Below the pieces are notes generated by a model, which saw nothing but the letters and a program-made list of their open reading frames with translations, searched no databases and was not told the DNA's origin. 64,000 nt of DNA from Dehalococcoidia bacterium (GTDB lineage: Bacteria > Chloroflexota > Dehalococcoidia > Lucifugimonadales > UBA3495): contig OZ252223.1 of the NCBI GenBank assembly GCA_965249145.1, positions 2,121,757 through 2,185,756 of the forward strand, in the 5' to 3' direction. The position numbers and the translations under genes are program-made. Positions 18,591 to 29,900 of the stretch are shown here, piece by piece (position 1 is the stretch's first letter; each line of letters starts with the position of its first letter).

Positions 18591-19583
18591 ATGAACACGC
18601 CCCGGGCCTTCGTCAGCCGCCGGATGCATCAAGATGCCCTAGACGTAATCGCCGGGGCCACCGACATGGAGGTCTGGCCCAACGATGCGCCGCCCAGCCC
18701 CGAGCAGTTGCGCGAAAAGCTGGCCAACGCCGACGGCGCGCTGATCAATATCATGGACCGGGTTGATACGTCCCTGCTGGATGCTGCCCCCCGGCTCCGC
18801 GTTATCAGCCAGCTGGCCGCCGGTCTGGACAACATCGACATGGCCCAATGCACCAAACGCGGCATTCCGGTCGGCGCAACGCCTGGCATCCTCTCCAAGG
18901 CGGTGGCCGATCATGGTTTCGCCATGCTGCTGTCGGCGGCCCGGCGGGTCGTCGAGAGCGACAAATGGGTGCGGGGCAACAACTGGAAGCTTCAGTTCCA
19001 CCCGACGTACTGGCTGGGCGCGGAGGTGCAGAGCTCCACGCTGGGCATAATCGGCCTGGGACAGATAGGCTTGGAGATGGCCAGGCGCGCCGCCGGGTTC
19101 GATATGCGTCTTCTGTACCACTCCCGAAGTCGAAAGCCTGAAGCCGAAGCGCAATACGGTCTGGTGTACGCTGACCTCGACACCTTGCTGGCCGAGTCGG
19201 ACTTCGTGTCGTTGCATGTGCCGCTGACTCCGGAGACTCGGCACATCATCAACGAAGACGCGCTGCGCAAGATGAAGGCCACCGCCATACTAGTGAACCT
19301 GTCCCGGGGCCCCACGGTGGACACCGACGCCTTGACCCGGGCGCTGCGCGAGGGCTGGATCGGCGGGGCCAGCCTGGACGTGGTCGACCCGGAACCCATC
19401 CCGGTCGACCACCCGCTGCTAGCGATGGACAACGTAACCATCACGCCGCATATCGGCAGCGCTTCGTTGGGCTCCCGCCGGGCCATGAGCATAATGGCGG
19501 CCCAGAATCTAGTAGCCGGTCTAACAGGCGAGCCGATGGTCTACTGCGCCAATCCCGAAGCCTACGGGGCGGGCCGGGCGTAG
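18591..19583 (+). CDS. D-isomer-specific 2-hydroxyacid dehydrogenase (glyoxylate/hydroxypyruvate reductase-like)
   Basis: GIIGLGQIGLEMARR NAD-binding motif, NLSRG, and the catalytic region DVVDPEP...TPHIGS. GGAGG RBS before the ATG at 18591. Confidence 0.85.
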   Translation: MNTPRAFVSRRMHQDALDVIAGATDMEVWPNDAPPSPEQLREKLANADGALINIMDRVDTSLLDAAPRLRVISQLAAGLDNIDMAQCTKRGIPVGATPGILSKAVADHGFAMLLSAARRVVESDKWVRGNNWKLQFHPTYWLGAEVQSSTLGIIGLGQIGLEMARRAAGFDMRLLYHSRSRKPEAEAQYGLVYADLDTLLAESDFVSLHVPLTPETRHIINEDALRKMKATAILVNLSRGPTVDTDALTRALREGWIGGASLDVVDPEPIPVDHPLLAMDNVTITPHIGSASLGSRRAMSIMAAQNLVAGLTGEPMVYCANPEAYGAGRA

Positions 19584-19628
19584 GCCGAAAGCGGCCAACT
19601 ACCCGGGAGGGAGACAAGCTGCATCGGA

Positions 19629-20837
19629 ATGCAATCGGTACCAGCGGCTGGCGACCAAGTCCACAAGGCCTGGTTTCTCACCGTGTTGGGGCTGGCGGTT
19701 TTTGCCACCATGAGCGCGGTCATGATCGTTCCGCCGCTCTTGGTGGAAATCGCGTCGGACCTGGAAGTCTCGGTGGCGGTTGCGGGGCAGCTGGCCACCG
19801 CCACCTTCGCGGCCTGGGCGGTCTCGCTGGTGTCGGTGGGCCCCTTGTCCGACTCGTTTGGACGCCGCCCGGTGGCCCTCGCTGGCCTGGTGGTGCTCAC
19901 CGGGTCCGTCCTCGCCTCGGCTTTCGCCCCCAATATCGAAGCCCTGCTGGCGCTCCGGGTGTTGACCGGCTTGGGAGGGGGAGCGCTCCCGCCCAACGCG
20001 GTGGGGGCGGTGTCCGATGTCATCTCCCCGGCCAGGCGGGTCCAAGCGGTGAGCGGCCTGTTGGCCATCCAAGGAGTGGTCTCGGCGGTAACCGTCCCAA
20101 TGGTCGCAGTACTGGCTGGACTCGGGGGTTGGCGCGTTCCGTTTTTGGTTGCGGGCCTTCTGCTGGGATTGGCGTTTTTGATGAACTGGCTCTGGTTTCC
20201 CCGGGACAGCCAGGAGCGGGCCCGCAACTGGGCATTTGTCTCCAGGTACTGGTCGCTGATGTCCGTACGGTATTTCCGGGTGGCCGTGGCGGTCAACCTG
20301 ACCCAACGCGTCGCGTTCTGGACGATGGTGAGTTTCTTCGCCGCCTTCCTGATCCATACCTACGAGTTGAGCGTAGGATTTGTGGCCCTGCCGCTGGCGA
20401 TCGCCGCGTTAGCGCAGATAATCGGAAGCTACTCGGCGGCGTTCGTGGCGAACCGAAGGCGCCGCGCTGCCCTGCTCGCCGGCACCTCGGCCATCGGCGG
20501 GGTCTGCGGGTTCCTGTTCTTCTCGGTGGAGCTCAATCTGTGGGTGGCAGTGGGGGTGGCCACCATCGGCACCGGTCTGCTGAGTCTGTTGATGCCCGCT
20601 CTGGTCGCCGTGAGCACAGAGTATTCCGGGGAGTCCAAGGCGACCGGCGCCAGCCTGATGGGGGCCAGCAACCAGTCAGGAGGTGCGGTGGGGGCTGCCA
20701 TCGCCGGGGGGCTGTTGGCGAGCACGGGGGGTTACGAAGCGGTAGGCTTCATGTGCCTCGGGGTAACGATCGCCAGCGCATTGCTGACCGGCCTCTTCGG
20801 CCGACAGTTCGGCGAAAGCGCCGGGAGCGAGAACTGA
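19629..20837 (+). CDS. MFS transporter
   Basis: About 12 predicted TM helices and a GPLSDSFGRRPV loop motif. Confidence 0.8.
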   Translation: MQSVPAAGDQVHKAWFLTVLGLAVFATMSAVMIVPPLLVEIASDLEVSVAVAGQLATATFAAWAVSLVSVGPLSDSFGRRPVALAGLVVLTGSVLASAFAPNIEALLALRVLTGLGGGALPPNAVGAVSDVISPARRVQAVSGLLAIQGVVSAVTVPMVAVLAGLGGWRVPFLVAGLLLGLAFLMNWLWFPRDSQERARNWAFVSRYWSLMSVRYFRVAVAVNLTQRVAFWTMVSFFAAFLIHTYELSVGFVALPLAIAALAQIIGSYSAAFVANRRRRAALLAGTSAIGGVCGFLFFSVELNLWVAVGVATIGTGLLSLLMPALVAVSTEYSGESKATGASLMGASNQSGGAVGAAIAGGLLASTGGYEAVGFMCLGVTIASALLTGLFGRQFGESAGSEN

Positions 20838-20897
20838 TGCTATGGCGGAGAGGGCAGCCTCAAAAACACTAGAATTTGGAAACGTAATACTGGCAGT

Positions 20898-23094
20898 TTG
20901 AAGTTAACCCCCACAGTGGATTCTGACGCCCCGACGCAAGCCCTGTTCACCGGGACAATTCCTCCGCAACTTGGCCGACTATCCAATCTCAGGTCGCTCT
21001 TCCTTGGTGGCAACAATCTGACCGGTCCCATACCGCCAGAGCTGGCCAGGTTATCGAACCTTAATTCCCTCAGTTCACGGGGTAACGAGCATACCGGAAC
21101 AATTCCTGCTTGGCTCTCGGACCTACCGCGTCTTATCCACCTCGACTTGGGGGACGATCAACTGACTGGTGCCATTCCCCCTGGATTGGCACACATTCAG
21201 GGTCTCCGGCTTCTGTACCTGTTCGATAACCAGTTGACCGCGCCCATTCCGCCCGCGTTGGGCAACCTGTCCGAGATGGTTGACCTGATTCTTCGCGACA
21301 ATGAACTGACTGGTGAGATCCCACCCGAGATATTCAGCATGTCCAAGCTCCAGACCCTGGATCTAGGACATAACCAGCTCTCCGGCGTCCTCCCGGGGGG
21401 ACTGGTTGGACTGACCAATCTACGGGATCTGGTACTCGAACACAACCAGCTGACCGGGCCGATCCCGGAGTCGCTGTGCAACCTTCGCAATTTTGGGGGC
21501 TAAGGCTGCCCAATAACAGGTTCATCGGAACCATTCCGGTGCGGGCCTCGGAACTCAGCGAACTGCATTGGCTAGACGTCAGCCACAACCAGTTGACGAG
21601 CGCCATTCCATCTGGAATCTCGGATCTGCCGTATTTGGAGGAGCTCAAACTCGACGGAAACAAATTGACCGGATGTGTCCCATGGAACCTGACCCATAAT
21701 GACAAGCTGGCGGTGGTGCATGATGGACTTCCGGATTGTCCTCTGGCGGTCGAAGAGGGTGGCGCTCTTCCCCTTGCGATATCGAGCTTATTGGACGGGG
21801 CCGATTCCCGTCTGATTGAAGCCCGACAGGCCGTCAACGGCATGGCGTGGCAGGATCAAACCGTTATCTGGTATGAGCACGACGGGTCTGAGACTGGGAC
21901 TGGGACTGGGACTGGGGGATTCTCGTATGTCGCCCGCATCGGCAGTCGCTTCGTTGAAGGAACAGTGGAGGTCATGGTCCTACCGGTCAATGACCCGCCG
22001 GTGGCCGCACATGACGCCGCCGCTGTCGCTGAGGGCAATACCTTGGCGCTCAACCGGTCGGCGTTGCTGCAAAACGATTCCATGCCGAAGGAGACCCGCT
22101 GACAGTCATTTCGGTGAGCGACGCGGTCAATGGGTCGGCATCACTTGATGACGCTACCATCGTGTATACCCACGACGGTTCGGAAACCGCGACCGGCAGC
22201 TTCTCCTACACCGTCAGCGACGGAGCCGCCTCCGCTGTGGGAACGGTCATCCTCAACGTCTCGCCGGTGAACGGACCGCCGAGTTTGGGCGAGGACTTGG
22301 CCACCGTGGTAGAAGGCAACACGGTCTCGATCGATTTGCCCGATTTGCTGCTGAACGACCACGATCCCGAAGGGGAACTGCTCACCTTTGTAGGGGTTGG
22401 CGACCCCACCAATGGGACGGTTTCCCTGGATGGCGCGACCATTACTTACGCCCACGACGGTTTGGAAACCGCCACCGGCAGCTTTCGATATTCGGTGAGC
22501 GACGGACTGCTCACATCCGATGGCACCGTTATCCTCGACATTACTCCGGTGAATGATCCGCCGGTAGTCGCGGCTGACCGGGTGACGGTGGTACAAGGCG
22601 AGGCTGTTTCGATTGTGGCCTCTTTGCTGCTGGATAACGATGTCGACCCGGAGGGCCGGTTGGATGTGGTCTCCGTGGGGGATGCGATAAACGGCACAGT
22701 CTCCCTGGAAGGAGTGAAAATCACATACCGGCACTATGGCTCGGAGACCTTGACCGGAGGGTTCTCATACGCGGTCAGCGACGGTACCGTCTCTGCAAGC
22801 GCCGACGTGCCGGTCACCGTTACCCCGTCCAGCGAACCGCCTGCCCAAGACAGCCGCGCGGCGCCGCCTCCGGTACGCCCGGCATCCGGGGCAACTGTGC
22901 CACATACTCCCGGTCCGCCGATTTCCACGGCGCGAGCCCCAGCGACTGGAGCGGAGCAATCGCCCGCCAGCCCCGTCCCGGCGGGTGGTGGAGACGGGGT
23001 CCCCTTGGTTCTGGTGGTGGTGATCGCGGGAGTGGCCGCGATGGCCGGAGGCCTCGCGATGTTGCTTGTTGCTCGCCGCCGAGGATACCGGTAG
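20898..23094 (+). pseudogene. LRR plus cadherin-like/tandem-repeat surface protein with C-terminal TM anchor, broken by two frameshifts
   Basis: Three consecutive ORFs in different frames. Plant-type 24-residue LRRs (L..L.L..N.LTG.IP) are followed by about 95-aa repeats (DGSETATGSFSY.VSDG...V.PVNDPP). Junctions lie at the T4G5 run 21491-21499 and near 22080 (LLQNDS/DAEGDPLTV). No signal peptide at the first ORF. Confidence 0.7.
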
Positions 23095-23208
23095 GCTGTC
23101 CATCGGGGCGTGGCTTGGGCGGCTGACGGCGCAGAAGGCAGGGTTCGAGCCCGCGAGAAGCGCTAGCCTCCCCGCGCTAAGCTATCCGGACGAGCCAAGG
23201 GGGCACCT

Positions 23209-24036
23209 ATGCCGATGCTGAACCTAGCAGGCGGGCGTTTCCATTACCACCTGGACGACTTTTCCGATCCTTGGCTTCAGCCTGCGCCAGTGTTGCTGCA
23301 CCACTCCGCCGGAGGTAATTTGCACCGCTGGCGAGCTTGGGTTCCGACGCTGGCCCGGCGACGCCCAGTGGTCCGGTTCGATATGCGGGGACACGCGGGC
23401 ACGCTGTCCCCGCCTGAAATGCGGTTCGTGCTGCCGGAGCTGGCTGCCGACATCGCCCGGGTGCTGGACGCTCTGGGCATCGACAAGACTCACTTGGTGG
23501 GAGCTTCCGCCGGCGGCATCATCAGCCTCCGTTTCGCCCATGATTTCCCGGACCGCCTTCGCAGTCTGACTCTGGTAGCTTCCACGCCCAGGCTGGCGGG
23601 GATGGGGGCCGGCATGGACGCTGGGGTGTGGCGGCGAGTCCTCGAAGAGGAGGGCACCAGGGCCTGGCTCTTGTCGGATACCAACAAGCGGTTTGGGCCC
23701 GGCGCCGCCCGGCAGGTAATCGAGTGGTACGCTGACGAAGGGGCCAAGACTCCGGCGCCGGTCGTTCTGGCACTGCAGGGCTGCCTGCTGGCCGAGGACC
23801 TTAGCTCGCTGCTGCCGGATATATCTGCCCCCACGCTGGTGCTGGCCGCCGCTCGGGACGAAATCACTCCGATGGACGCGCAAGAGCAGATGGTTGCCCG
23901 AATGCCGCAGGCCAGGCTGGAGATCTTCGACGGCGTGGGCCACAACATGAAGGTGGAGATACCGGAAGTGCTGGCCGCCCACACCCTGGATTTCATATCC
24001 GGGATCGCTGTAGACCCTGGCACGGGAGAACCATGA
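23209..24036 (+). CDS. alpha/beta hydrolase (enol-lactonase-like)
   Basis: HHSAGG..., nucleophile elbow GASAGG, and a C-terminal GHNMKVE histidine region. Confidence 0.75.
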   Translation: MPMLNLAGGRFHYHLDDFSDPWLQPAPVLLHHSAGGNLHRWRAWVPTLARRRPVVRFDMRGHAGTLSPPEMRFVLPELAADIARVLDALGIDKTHLVGASAGGIISLRFAHDFPDRLRSLTLVASTPRLAGMGAGMDAGVWRRVLEEEGTRAWLLSDTNKRFGPGAARQVIEWYADEGAKTPAPVVLALQGCLLAEDLSSLLPDISAPTLVLAAARDEITPMDAQEQMVARMPQARLEIFDGVGHNMKVEIPEVLAAHTLDFISGIAVDPGTGEP

Positions 24037-24268
24037 CTCTCTCATCCGGGATGACGGTCAATAGCCGGGTATCAGTCCACGGCTTGCCGCCTACGGCCTC
24101 CTATCCAGCGGGACCCCAATTGATTTAGCGGCGTGGAGTTGTCAGGCTGTCGCCGCTACCCCAGTGGATTATCGTAGCATCCACGGACTTGACCGCCACG
24201 AGATTCCGGTGGCCCGCAGGCGGTGAGCCGCTCGAATCGTCAACCAAGGGAATCAGCCGGAGGAGAAG

Positions 24269-25097
24269 ATGATAGTAGTAACCGGAGCGGCGGGAAGGCT
24301 GGGACGCAGGGTAGTGCAATTGCTGGTGGACCAAAGCAAAGAAGTCCTGGCTACGGACCAATTAGATGCCGATGACCTTCCAGCGGAATTTGTGCGTTGC
24401 GATCTGGTCGACCTCAAGGCAGTGGAGGGTATTCTCAAGGACGCGGAAGCCGTCGTTCACATGGGCGCCATCCCCGGGCCGCTGCGGGAAAACCCAAAGG
24501 TCATTTTCAATAATAACGTGGTCAGCACCTTCAACGTCATGATGTCCGCGGCGGAGTTGGGCCTGCGGCGAGTGGTGTTCTCGTCCAGTGCCTTCGGGAT
24601 GGGATGGGCCCACGAAGGGAACGCATTCGTGCCACTGTACCTGCCATTGGACGAGGAACATCCCATGATGCCTTTCGAACCCTACGGACTGTCCAAGCAG
24701 GTAGGAGAGGATATCGGCAGAATGATCGCCCGCTGTTCCGAGACCACGGTCGTCAGCCTGCGGTTCACCAATATGGCGCCTCCGGAAGTCCAAGCGGAGT
24801 TTTCCTGGCTGCCCCCCACCGGAGATCCCCCTGACCCTGGTGATGTGGGCCTACGCCGACGCCAGAGACGTGGCCGAGGCCCACGTATTAGCGCTGGATG
24901 CGGAGATCGAAGAGTATGAAGCTTTCATGATCGCCCAGCCTTCCAGTCGTTTCAAAGAGCCGACGCTTGACCTTATCAAAAACAACTTTGGCGACCGTGC
25001 GGAGATACGGGGGGGAGGGGGGCTGAGCGGCACCGCCAGCGTAATCAGTACGGAAAAGGCGCAGCGACTGTTGGGCTGGAGACCTAGCTACGACTGA
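24269..25097 (+). pseudogene. NAD-dependent epimerase/dehydratase split by a frameshift
   Basis: N-terminal VTGAAGRLG Rossmann motif and YGLSK catalytic motif. The C-terminal part (WAYADARDVAEAH...) continues in another frame. The junction lies in the C6 run 24812-24817. Confidence 0.75.
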
Positions 25098-25481
25098 AGG
25101 TAAGAGGCAGCGCCAAATGGAAACGGCCTGGATCCTGGGAAAAGGGGGCCTGGCGGAGAGGGCGTCCGAATAATTGATACCTATTTTAGCTTTGCGATCA
25201 CCCATTGTTGAAACCATACAGCGTCTCCGTATACCACACTGTATACCAGATCCGTAGCAGGCCTGGATTCTGAGCCACAAGTGACCGTATCCCCTGTACC
25301 GTTTGTTGGCTCAGGGGATTTTCCTATCAGAGTTGTCATTTTGAACCCCAATATTGCGACGATTCGGACCCCGTCCAAGTGTGGAAGGGTGCCTCGCCGA
25401 GGCAATTTTGGGCCACTACCGCTAAAACGTCCTGTCAACGATCTGGCGTATGTTCCTCTTAAAGGAAGCCCGAGGTGAGAT

Positions 25482-25676
25482 ATGAACAGAATGTTGAGGC
25501 GGGAGGAGGTGCTGAAGTTCAGCGGCCTCTCGCGTTCCACGCTATACGAGATGATCCGCAACAGGACATTCCCGGCCCCGGTGCGTATCGGCGCGCGGGC
25601 CGTAGGCTGGCGGGAGTCGGAGGTTGTCTCCTGGCTCGAATCGCGGCACCGGGCGGCCGAGACGGAGTGGCGCTGA
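25482..25676 (+). CDS. alpA: AlpA-family phage/island regulatory protein (excisionase-like HTH)
   Basis: 64 aa: MLRREEVLKFSGLSRSTLYEMIRNRTFPAPVRIGARAVGWRESEVVSWL is the classic AlpA signature. Its stop overlaps the next start (ATGA). Confidence 0.8.
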   Translation: MNRMLRREEVLKFSGLSRSTLYEMIRNRTFPAPVRIGARAVGWRESEVVSWLESRHRAAETEWR

Positions 25677-26900
25677 TGGCGCCCGTTAAGTCGGTTGGGC
25701 GGAAGGCTGGGCACCGTTCGACAGCCGACGCCTTGGTGCAGTGCGCAGTTGGGACCATGGAACTATTCCACGATGGAGGTGACCCATTCTCCAGCCTGGA
25801 GGTGGACGGCCATAGAGAGACGCTCGGGATCGGCTCGCTGCAGCTGATGCGAAAGCTGATCCTGGCCCATTATGAAGCTTCGGGCGAGAGCCCCTCCCCT
25901 GCCGCTTTGAGGCAGGTGGTAGCCACGCTGGACGCAATAGCCATGGCACCGTCCGCGCCCGAAATCCCCGTTTACCGAAGGGTAGCCACGGTCGTAGACA
26001 AACTCTATGTCGACTTCGCGGACCGGCATTGGCAGTGTATCGAGATTGATTCGGCCGGATGGCGAGTGGTCTCGGAGGAGCCTCGATTTGTCCGCTCCAG
26101 CGGGACGCGTGCGCTGCCAGTACCAGAGCACACCACCGCTCGGGACGGAGTGATGCACCTGAAGGAGCTTCTGAGCCTCAACCGAGATGATTTTTTGGCC
26201 GTTCTCGACTGGATGCTGGCTGCGCTCAGGGATACTGGTCCCTACCCGGTGCTGGTTTTGCTTGGAGAACACGGGACTGCGAGACGACCGCCACAGAGAT
26301 GATCGAATCCCTTGTCGACCCGTCCGCCATCGAAACCCGGGCAATGCCGAAGTCGGAGCGCAATGTTTGTGACCGCAAGGCACAGCCGTGTGCTCGCGTT
26401 CGATAACGTTAGCTTAATCCGTCGGTGGCTATCCGACGCGTTCTGCCGGCTGTCCACAGGTAGCGCGTATCCTACCCGGATGCTTTGGACTGACGGGGAT
26501 GAATTCTGGATCGAGGCAATGCGGCCGATCATCATAAATGGCATTACCGCTGACCCGACCCGGGGAGACCTAGCGGACCGGTTCAATGAAGCCTGACCGT
26601 TCATCTTCGGCGGGCTGCTGGAGGGTCTAACGGCAGGGGTTCGCCACCTGCCCGAGACTCATCCGAGCCACACCTGCCCCGATTGGCAGATTTTGTTCAA
26701 CGGGCCACGGCTTGTGAGTCTGCGTTCTGGTTGGCCTGGCACTTCATGCGGGTCTTCGAGACGGGTCGCAGGACGGCCTCCGAGACGGTGGTGCAGACAT
26801 CTACGGTCGGACGAGCCACCGTGGGTCGGATGGGTGAGACAGGCCAATGGGTGGGCACGATGTCGGATCTCAGAGCCACGCTCGACCACCGGGCCTCTGA
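25676..26900 (+). pseudogene. genomic-island P-loop ATPase (primase/helicase-associated type), multiply frameshifted and interrupted by IS21
   Basis: Pieces in three frames: ...PYPVLVLLGEHGTA(K)..., VLAFDNVSLIRRWLSDAFCRLSTGSAYPTRMLWTDGDEFWIEAMRPIIINGI, and ...MADFVQRATACE.... The gene continues after the IS at 29235. Confidence 0.55.
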
Positions 26901-27004
26901 TGTTACCGCCGATGCAAAAATGAGCGAAATCGCCGAGATTGAATTGACCCACCACAGAAAAGTGGCATCATCCGCAGACACTGTGCGGAGGTGCCTCAGA
27001 CAAA

Positions 27005-28240
27005 TTGCTGAAGGTGGGAGAAGTGAAAGAGATCTACGAGATGAAAGGAGCGGGGCGTTCCATACGGCGGATCGCCGGGGAACTGGGCATCGGCAGGAAC
27101 ACGGTGCGCCGGTATCTGAAATCGCCGGAGGCCATCAGGGCCAAACCTCGACCGCAGCGAGCATCCAAGCTGGACCCCTACACCGGGTACGTCGACCGTC
27201 GCCTGGAGGAGGGGCTGGAGAACTGCGTGGTGCTGCACCGGGAGTTGAGGGCCCGGGGCTATGAGGGCGGCTACTCGATCCTGAAGTCCTACGTGTCGCC
27301 GCGGCGGCGACCCCGGCAGCCGGATGCCACGATGCGTTTCGAGACAGCGCCAGGGGAGCAGGCGCAGGTGGACTGGGGCAGCCTAGGCTACCTTGACGAG
27401 GCCGGCAAGAGGCGTCGCATCTGGGTGTTCGTGATGACCCTGGGCTGGTCCCGGGCCTGCTATGTGGAGTTGGTCAGGCGGGCGGACACCGCCGCCTTCA
27501 TCCAGTGCCACGTGAATGCCTTCGAGTATCTGGGCGGTGTGCCGCGGCGCTGCCTCTACGACAATGCCAAGGTGGTGACCCTGGGCAGGGACGAGGACCA
27601 GATGCCGCTGTGGAACCAGCGGATGCTGGACTTCGCCATGCGGGTGGGTTTCGAGGTCCGGCTTTGCCGTCCCTACCGGGCCCAGACCAAGGGCAAGGTC
27701 GAGAGCGGCGTCAAGTACGTCCGGCGCAACATGTGGCCCAGCATGCGCTTCACCGACGACGCCGACCTGAATCGCCAGGGGCTGGAGTGGTGCGACACGG
27801 TGGCCAACCGGCGGATCCACGGGACCACCCACCGGGTGCCCGGGGAGATGCTGGCCGAGGAGCGGCCACACTTGGGGAAGCTGCCCGGCCGGAATGCACT
27901 GGCACCCTATCTCCGGGAGGACCGCAAGGTGGCCCGGGACGGCTTCATCAGCTGGGAGGGCTCCCGCTACGGAGTCCACTGGAAGTGGGCCGGTCGCATC
28001 GTCCAGGTGGGACGGCGCCAGGGCACGGTGGAGATCTGGGCCGGCGATGAGCGCATCGCGGTCCATCCCCGGGCCCAGCGGGCAGGACAGCGCTTCATCC
28101 TGCCCGGCCAGTGGGTAGGACTGCCCAGGGGGGATGGCCGGCCACGCCGGGAAGCGGTGGCGGTGCAGATCCCCGTTGGTGAGGTGGAGCGCCGCTCTCT
28201 GGACGCATACGGACTGGCCGCCGTGGGAGGTGCCAGGTGA
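27005..28240 (+). CDS. istA: IS21-family transposase IstA
   Basis: N-terminal HTH (GRSIRRIAGELGIGRNTVRRYL) and a DDE core (QVDWG..., YDNAK, KGKVES). Confidence 0.9.
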   Translation: MLKVGEVKEIYEMKGAGRSIRRIAGELGIGRNTVRRYLKSPEAIRAKPRPQRASKLDPYTGYVDRRLEEGLENCVVLHRELRARGYEGGYSILKSYVSPRRRPRQPDATMRFETAPGEQAQVDWGSLGYLDEAGKRRRIWVFVMTLGWSRACYVELVRRADTAAFIQCHVNAFEYLGGVPRRCLYDNAKVVTLGRDEDQMPLWNQRMLDFAMRVGFEVRLCRPYRAQTKGKVESGVKYVRRNMWPSMRFTDDADLNRQGLEWCDTVANRRIHGTTHRVPGEMLAEERPHLGKLPGRNALAPYLREDRKVARDGFISWEGSRYGVHWKWAGRIVQVGRRQGTVEIWAGDERIAVHPRAQRAGQRFILPGQWVGLPRGDGRPRREAVAVQIPVGEVERRSLDAYGLAAVGGAR

Positions 28241-29043
28241 TCGCCCTGGAACAGGCCCGCCAGTACCTGGAAAGTCTCGGACTCAAGCAGGCGGTGGAGG
28301 TCTTGGACAACACCCTGGACACCGCCGCCAGCAAGCAGCTGACCTATCCCGAGATGCTGGAACAGCTGCTGGGCGCCGAGGTGGCGGCCCGGAGGGAGCG
28401 CTATCTTTCCACCCGGACCAAGATGGCCCACTTCCCCTTCCAGCGGACCCTGGAGCAATTCGACTTCGCCTTCCAGCCATCCATCGACGAGCGGCAGGTC
28501 GAGGAACTGGCCAACTTGGCCTTCGTGGCCGAAGCCACCAACATCCTGCTGCTGGGGCCACCCGGCGTGGGGAAGTCGCACTTGGCGGTGGCCCTGGCCA
28601 AGAGGGCCATCGAGCGTGGCTACGGGGCCTACTTCGTCCGGGCCTACGACCTAATGGAGGACCTGCGCAAGGCCAGGGCGGAGCACAACCTGGACCGGCG
28701 GCTGCGCATCTACCTGGCGCCCAAGGTGCTGGTGGTGGACGAGTTCGGCATCTGGCCCTACGACCGGGACGCCGCCACCGCTTTCTTCACCCTGGTGTCG
28801 GCCAGGTACGAACGGGGCAGCATCATCCTGACATCGAACAAGGGCTTCGGTGAGTGGGGCGAGCTTTTGGGCGACACCGTCATTGCCTCGGCGGTGCTGG
28901 ACCGGCTGCTGCACCACAGTCATGTGCTCAACATCCGTGGCGAGAGCTACCGGCTCAGGGAGAAACGACAGTCCGGAATCTTCAGTTCGCATCACCTGCT
29001 GGGAGCAATGCCGGCTAGTGGCAACGACAACTATCCCGACTGA
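28237..29043 (+). CDS. istB: IS21-family helper ATPase IstB
   Basis: LLLGPPGVGKSHLAVAL (Walker A), VLVVDEFG (Walker B), ILTSN. Overlaps the istA stop. Confidence 0.9.
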   Translation: MIALEQARQYLESLGLKQAVEVLDNTLDTAASKQLTYPEMLEQLLGAEVAARRERYLSTRTKMAHFPFQRTLEQFDFAFQPSIDERQVEELANLAFVAEATNILLLGPPGVGKSHLAVALAKRAIERGYGAYFVRAYDLMEDLRKARAEHNLDRRLRIYLAPKVLVVDEFGIWPYDRDAATAFFTLVSARYERGSIILTSNKGFGEWGELLGDTVIASAVLDRLLHHSHVLNIRGESYRLREKRQSGIFSSHHLLGAMPASGNDNYPD

Positions 29044-29234
29044 CAGAGTCGCTGGCCAATTGGCTGCTGACGAAGTCGCTGGACATTAGCTGGGTGGGTC
29101 AATTTTAGCTTGGCGGTCCTGAAAACCAACAAGCAGGAGGTGGGTCAATTCCAGATCGGCGGTAAGAATAACCGGAACCTGGTGGGTCAGATCACCATCG
29201 GCGATACCGGGTCATTTCTCCGTCGGCGTTGACA

Positions 29235-29603
29235 CTGATCTTGACCGAGGCTCAACGGACTGGCCCGGGTCGGCGGAAGCGTTGGCCAGAGAGCTGGACC
29301 GACTTGCACCGGACCTTAGAGCAGGTGGTATCGCGGAAGGTGGACCCTGACGGCTACCAGGGGCACGATCCAATAGGGTACATTCGTCTGGGGCGGCAGG
29401 GCCTGACGGCGCTGATCGGCCTGGTCCAGTGCTCTCCTGGACCCCTTCGTGAGCCTGCTGGAAGTCCAGAGGCCCTTGAGGCTCGATTCGCGTCGCCGGT
29501 TTTCCAAGTGGGGCGGCTAGGTCTCTGGTCCCCTTCGGGTGGAGAAAGTTCCTTGGCCCGCGCCAAGATGGCGCGGACGTCCGAGTCTACAATTGACTGG
29601 TAG
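29235..29603 (+). pseudogene. 3' remainder of the IS21-interrupted island ATPase gene
   Basis: The reading frame resumes directly after the IS right end and TSD (…DHRASD | LILTEAQRTGPGRRKRWPESW…). Confidence 0.4.
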
Positions 29604-29684
29604 CCCGGGAGTGTTGGAAATCGGGCGGTCAGCGGGTTGGTATCGCGCCGATCCTGTGGATTGGTTGTAGATGATGGCGGGGAT

Positions 29685-29891
29685 CTACGGCACGAACCTA
29701 AACTCCGGGTCCGCCTCGAACGCGCTCTGTACCAAGACCTCGATGTCCGTTACGGTCGGGTATAGTTTCCGGTTAGCCGATATCAGAGCCTTTAATGCAA
29801 AGTTCAAGGCCATGTGCGCGTGTTGCCCAGCGATGATGTCTCCGACTTCCCCGGCGACGTGAAAGGCGTCCAGGCGGATCTCAGCCCGCTG
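29685..29891 (-). pseudogene. HEPN-domain fragment downstream of the MNT gene
   Basis: Minus-strand frame reads AEIRLDAFHVAGEVGDIIAGQHAHMALNFALKALISANRKLYPTVTDIEVLVQSAFEADPEF. This is HEPN-like helix content, only about 68 codons, with no canonical start. Confidence 0.4.
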
Positions 29892-29900
29892 TCAGCGCTC

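Larger units (their letters stand above)
26901..29234 (+). mobile_element. IS21-family insertion sequence (2334 bp) with 4-bp target-site duplication CTGA
   Basis: Left end is TGTTACCGCCGATGCAAAAATGAGCG. Right end is ...CGGGTCATTTCTCCGTCGGCGTTGACA (TG...CA termini). Multiple subterminal (G)GTGGGTCAATT repeats occur at both ends. CTGA flanks both sides. Carries istA and istB. Confidence 0.85.

Noticed and set aside
23110-23165. tRNA-like T-arm sequence (GGCAGGGTTCGAGCCCGC) in the intergenic region after the LRR-cadherin gene
   Set aside because: No matching acceptor stem, D-arm or anticodon arm could be folded. The T-stem has a mismatch and the total available length is too short. At best it is a tRNA fragment.
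25128-25275. Imperfect direct repeat GGCCTGGAT(C/T)CTG(G/A)G at about 25128 and about 25261, considered as att sites for the alpA island
   Set aside because: It is only about 14 nt and imperfect, both copies lie on the same side of the island, and there is no counterpart near the integrase end.
25181-25714. 177-aa minus-strand ORF overlapping alpA and its upstream region
   Set aside because: It overlaps the well-supported alpA gene in antisense and has no recognisable motifs.
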